Sequence record: PQ390715.1
DNA length: 64,000 nucleotides
Reading direction: 5' to 3' (one strand)
A model generated the notes under the pieces. The model searched no databases and was not told the origin of the DNA. It saw only the letters and a program-made list of their open reading frames with translations. The position numbers and the translations under genes are program-made. Shown in pieces: positions 60,702 to 64,000 of the stretch; the first letter of the stretch is position 1, and each line of letters opens with the position of its first letter.

Positions 60702-61112
60702 TTAATCGTAGTAGGTTCTACCTACAGTGATGTGATATTTAAAGTACTTGGTTGGTAGTCCTAGTTCATTTCTAATATGTGTGATGAAATCATCTTCAAA
60801 TTCAATGATAAAGAATGAACCTGGATTCTTTTTATCTTTTACTATCTCAATACAAGGATTGAACTTTATCTTTACTTTCATTCCATCGTATTTTTTCCAG
60901 TACTCTGGATTTGGTGGCACTTCACCACGAACGATACTGACATGTGCTCCCCATTGTGGGTCTTTAATATCAATATGTAAGTCAGTTCTGATGAAGTACT
61001 GGTAGTATCTAACCAACTGTAATGGAAGTTGTAGTACTAACCAGAAGTCCTTCTTCTTTTTCATAGTGCCACGATCTGGATCATACACCAGAGTTCCTTC
61101 CATATCAATCAT
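60702..61112 (-). CDS. 2H phosphoesterase-superfamily protein
   Basis: Two Hx(S/T) motifs followed by hydrophobic residues: AH57VSIV and YH127ITVG, 70 residues apart in 136 aa. Confidence 0.7.
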   Translation of the reverse strand: MIDMEGTLVYDPDRGTMKKKKDFWLVLQLPLQLVRYYQYFIRTDLHIDIKDPQWGAHVSIVRGEVPPNPEYWKKYDGMKVKIKFNPCIEIVKDKKNPGSFFIIEFEDDFITHIRNELGLPTKYFKYHITVGRTYYD

Positions 61113-61119
61113 ATGTTAC

Positions 61120-61323
61120 CTATAAAATTACATATATGTTTTTATTTTCAATACGAACATATGTTTCCAAAACATCTTTCGGAATTTTATTACTTGTTTT
61201 GAACCATGTAGTATTCTCTACTAAAACAAAAGTTTCACCTTCAGTTTCACCAAATGTACTTAGTGCATAAATGAAGTAATTGGGAGATGCACTACAATAT
61301 ATATCAGCATTAATTTCAATCAT
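61120..61323 (-). CDS. Hypothetical protein
   Basis: Probable ATG at 61323, just after the upstream small ORF. Confidence 0.55.
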   Translation of the reverse strand: MIEINADIYCSASPNYFIYALSTFGETEGETFVLVENTTWFKTSNKIPKDVLETYVRIENKNIYVIL

Positions 61324-61327
61324 ACTT

Positions 61328-61459
61328 TTACACCACAATAAAACTTAATACAACAAGTGTAATAAACACACCCACAATAGCAGTCATTTCTGGGTTTGCA
61401 TCATATGTATAGCGTATACATTTTAGAAAATCTTTACCAAATTTCTTTAGTCCATTCAT
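61328..61459 (-). CDS. 43-aa membrane microprotein (not in ORF track)
   Basis: AAGGA-ATG, MNGLKKFGKDFLKCIRYTYDANPEMTAIVGVFITLVVLSFIVV* with a C-terminal TM segment. Confidence 0.65.
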   Translation of the reverse strand: MNGLKKFGKDFLKCIRYTYDANPEMTAIVGVFITLVVLSFIVV

Positions 61460-61470
61460 ATATTTTCCTT

Positions 61471-61827
61471 TTATTTCTTGTGTAAAGGTTCATCACTTTC
61501 ATAATAAATTGTATCATTATTTCGCTCTATAGTAAAGCTCTTTTGACACAACTCTTCAGCTAAACCCTTTGCATAGTTTAATACATCTCGGTTGAGATAT
61601 ACTTCTTCTTTTGGAAAGCGTGGGTACTGAATAATACGAGCACACATCCCACTTTCAAGACCGCCAGTGTAGATATATTCACAGGGAATTAATTGTACAC
61701 AAAAGCCATGCTTAAACGCAAACTTTCTTGTGTACTCTCTTGCTGTTTGAATATCACCAGCAATATGGATATTCCAGTACTGTGTCTCCACTGTACCTTT
61801 ATCGATGTATTTCATACTCATCTCCAA
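61471..61827 (-). CDS. Conserved hypothetical phage protein
   Basis: EYIYTGGLESG...IIQYPRFP motif seen in diverse phages. Confidence 0.7.
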   Translation of the reverse strand: MEMSMKYIDKGTVETQYWNIHIAGDIQTAREYTRKFAFKHGFCVQLIPCEYIYTGGLESGMCARIIQYPRFPKEEVYLNRDVLNYAKGLAEELCQKSFTIERNNDTIYYESDEPLHKK

Positions 61828-61844
61828 TTATAGCACTAAAAATC

Positions 61845-62234
61845 TCACTTTCCCAACTCTTCTATGATTCTTTTTATTGAATCATGATTTTCCAGACATA
61901 AAGTACTGTAATTTCTGCCAGTTTTTTCATTGAGGTCGTCGATTTCAATCATAAGATATCCATATGTAATATCTTGAACCCTACTTCGTTTTACCCTTGA
62001 GTACAGCTTGATTGGTACTGATACACGAGTATTCAAAAAGAATTCTGGCAAATCATAACGATATACCAGGTATTCATTCTTGTAACGTTTACGACTGTAC
62101 GATTCGAAACACTGCGGATAACGTCTATCAAACATACTACTTCTTAGTTGAAGTATGATTGGATCTAACTTATGTGAGTAATATTTTTTGATTATTTTAT
62201 CAAATCTTTTTACATGTCGTTTACGCCATCTCAT
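61845..62234 (-). CDS. Hypothetical basic protein
   Basis: 129 aa, coupled to the upstream gene by an ATGA overlap. Confidence 0.65.
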   Translation of the reverse strand: MRWRKRHVKRFDKIIKKYYSHKLDPIILQLRSSMFDRRYPQCFESYSRKRYKNEYLVYRYDLPEFFLNTRVSVPIKLYSRVKRSRVQDITYGYLMIEIDDLNEKTGRNYSTLCLENHDSIKRIIEELGK

Positions 62235-62683
62235 GTTCTAACTCCTTTCAATAATACAATAGGAAAATACTGTGTATCTGTATCAGAAATACTATTACAG
62301 TACTCAATAATTTCTTGATGGAGTGTGTTTATATAAATGCTAGGATATGGAATTGGTGTTTGTATTAGTCCAGAACTATAAACACAATCAGTTCTTTGAC
62401 AATCAATATAGTGTGTTGTTGGTATATCTTTACCACGTTCCTCAACTACAATTGAGTACGAGTCAGCAATAAAAATGAACGCATTGTTAATTGATACATA
62501 TTGTAGGGAATACACATCATCATGAACTTCAATCAAAGGACCATCAAAATTCATCAATACCGAACGACGATATCCTAACACATCACTCATTGCATCGAAC
62601 TGTTCTTGTGATGAAAGATAACAAAAACACGTATCACGACATACGTCAATAAAACGCTTAAATGTTTCTGTTTCTATAAGCAT
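62231..62683 (-). CDS. Hypothetical protein
   Basis: Probable ATG at 62683 after AAGGA. Confidence 0.65.
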   Translation of the reverse strand: MLIETETFKRFIDVCRDTCFCYLSSQEQFDAMSDVLGYRRSVLMNFDGPLIEVHDDVYSLQYVSINNAFIFIADSYSIVVEERGKDIPTTHYIDCQRTDCVYSSGLIQTPIPYPSIYINTLHQEIIEYCNSISDTDTQYFPIVLLKGVRT

Positions 62684-62728
62684 ATAATTTTCCTTAAAAA
62701 AGACCCCACATAGTGAGGTCAAATACAT

Positions 62729-62953
62729 TTAATCGTTATCATCATCCAATGCGTCACGGTAAACATAATAAACATGTGCACCTAGCAGAGCAATAAGTAC
62801 AATAAAGATTAACCAGAATGGTACAAAATGCAGTACTAGTGAAAACGCCAGTACTGTAATAACCATTACAACTGAACTGAAAATAAGACTTACTGCTTTT
62901 TCAAATCCAGATAGTAATTTTTTAAAGATTTTTTTCATAAATGAATCAACCAT
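62729..62953 (-). CDS. Small two-TM membrane protein
   Basis: Two hydrophobic helices and an acidic C-terminal tail DALDDDND. Confidence 0.65.
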   Translation of the reverse strand: MVDSFMKKIFKKLLSGFEKAVSLIFSSVVMVITVLAFSLVLHFVPFWLIFIVLIALLGAHVYYVYRDALDDDND

Positions 62954-63296
62954 TTTTAATCCTCAAGAAAGTATGCTTACATTTTAGTTTATTACCATAG
63001 AATGAAATAGGAACATTAAACATTTCAATCTTATCTTCTTTCAACAAACGTAGAATATCAGGATCGTTTTTTGTTTGAATGCAATGAAGACCATTAACCT
63101 GAATTTCTAAACCTTTCTTTAGATATTCATAAATTTTTTGACGACGCATCCCACCATAACTATCATTATGTACCACATCACGTAATTCTTTATATTCTTG
63201 CTTCAATGCTCGGTCTACAAGTGTTCCATCTTTCTTCCTGATCTCTGCAATACATTTATATTGATTTGAACCTCTAAGAGCCATGTTGTACCTCAT
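62946..63296 (-). CDS. Hypothetical protein
   Basis: 116-aa ORF overlapping its neighbours. Confidence 0.65.
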   Translation of the reverse strand: MRYNMALRGSNQYKCIAEIRKKDGTLVDRALKQEYKELRDVVHNDSYGGMRRQKIYEYLKKGLEIQVNGLHCIQTKNDPDILRLLKEDKIEMFNVPISFYGNKLKCKHTFLRIKNG

Positions 63297-63753
63297 TAGG
63301 GTATTTTTTCATCAATTCGTGTAAACGCTGAATCTCTTGTTCTTTTTTTCTATCACTCTCGTATTTTCGAGAAAGTTTCTTTTTTGTATTTGCTTCTTCT
63401 AATCTAATATCAGTACAGAATTTGTCATTTTTAAAAAAATTGATACGCAATGCATCGAAAACAGACTTGAAATCGTTTCCTAATTCTTTAGACGTGTCAG
63501 TGTAATTATGAAAATACATGTTATTTGTCATATTTACATGTTCAATTACTGCACCATTATGAGTTACGATAAACATTATATCTCCATACTGTTCACGTGG
63601 TTCTGTACGATATAGATATATATGTTGACGTAAATAATCTTTTAATTCATGTTCAATACCACTTTGTTCATAACTTTGATATACTAAAACCTCACCATCA
63701 GTTGAACTGTTGTCAGATTCATATGGTTCGCGGATAATTATAAGATTATACAT
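63274..63753 (-). CDS. Hypothetical protein
   Basis: 159 aa; SD AAGGAG. Confidence 0.7.
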   Translation of the reverse strand: MYNLIIIREPYESDNSSTDGEVLVYQSYEQSGIEHELKDYLRQHIYLYRTEPREQYGDIMFIVTHNGAVIEHVNMTNNMYFHNYTDTSKELGNDFKSVFDALRINFFKNDKFCTDIRLEEANTKKKLSRKYESDRKKEQEIQRLHELMKKYPNEVQHGS

Positions 63754-63761
63754 ATTACTCC

Positions 63762-63998
63762 TTATACCGGAGATACGGTACTCAACATTAGTAAAGCTGT
63801 ATTTTCATCAATTTCATGATAGTTGTCGCATACAAGTGTTTCCAACAAATCAGGATGATAATAATAATGTTCATAATCAGTATCATTAGGAATATGATGA
63901 TATACAAATACAATATCAAAAACATCATCATCATTTTCACACTTGAAACGCTTTAATTCATCGACACTTTCAACAAAGCCATATTCTTCAAAAGCAGT
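63762..63998 (-). CDS. C-terminal part of a hypothetical protein (partial, window edge)
   Basis: Open frame TAFEEYGF...YHEIDENTALLMLSTVSPV* running off the window. Confidence 0.6.
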   Translation of the reverse strand, partial: TAFEEYGFVESVDELKRFKCENDDDVFDIVFVYHHIPNDTDYEHYYYHPDLLETLVCDNYHEIDENTALLMLSTVSPV

Positions 63999-64000
63999 TG

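Overview
This is a 64-kb, AT-rich segment of a jumbo T4-related myophage, most likely of an enteric bacterium. The gene order and the WcaM-like tailspike suggest the RaK2/GAP32/PBECO4/121Q-like group; this is inferred from remembered family traits, not from a database search. Late morphogenesis genes include baseplate (gp5-like end, gp25, gp6, a 3.3-kaa protein), neck (gp13, gp14, gp15), sheath gp18, three tube-fold paralogs, gp4, a colanic-acid-type tailspike and long fibres. They are preceded by TAAATA late-promoter boxes and interleaved with early cassettes driven by sigma70-like TGATATAAT promoters. The early cassettes carry a ClpA-like ATPase, a MoxR AAA+/VWA-peptidase pair, thyA, a SLOG protein, dNMP kinase, a Pth2-like protein, a macrodomain, glutaredoxin, a frameshifted NudE, a CCA-adding enzyme, HPF, a LysM-lysozyme and a 2H phosphoesterase. 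Main second-look items: (i) RBS-sequestering hairpins with a late promoter just inside the 5' arm in front of gp18 and gp13, plus a structured anti-SD leader on the lysozyme; (ii) a translation/tRNA/nucleotide-signal maintenance cluster with an Acb1-like 2H enzyme, an HD-less CCA enzyme, HPF and a degenerate Pth2; (iii) a multi-promoter non-coding region with a candidate sRNA or attenuator upstream of MoxR-VWA. I found no tRNA, rRNA, CRISPR array, intron or IS element.
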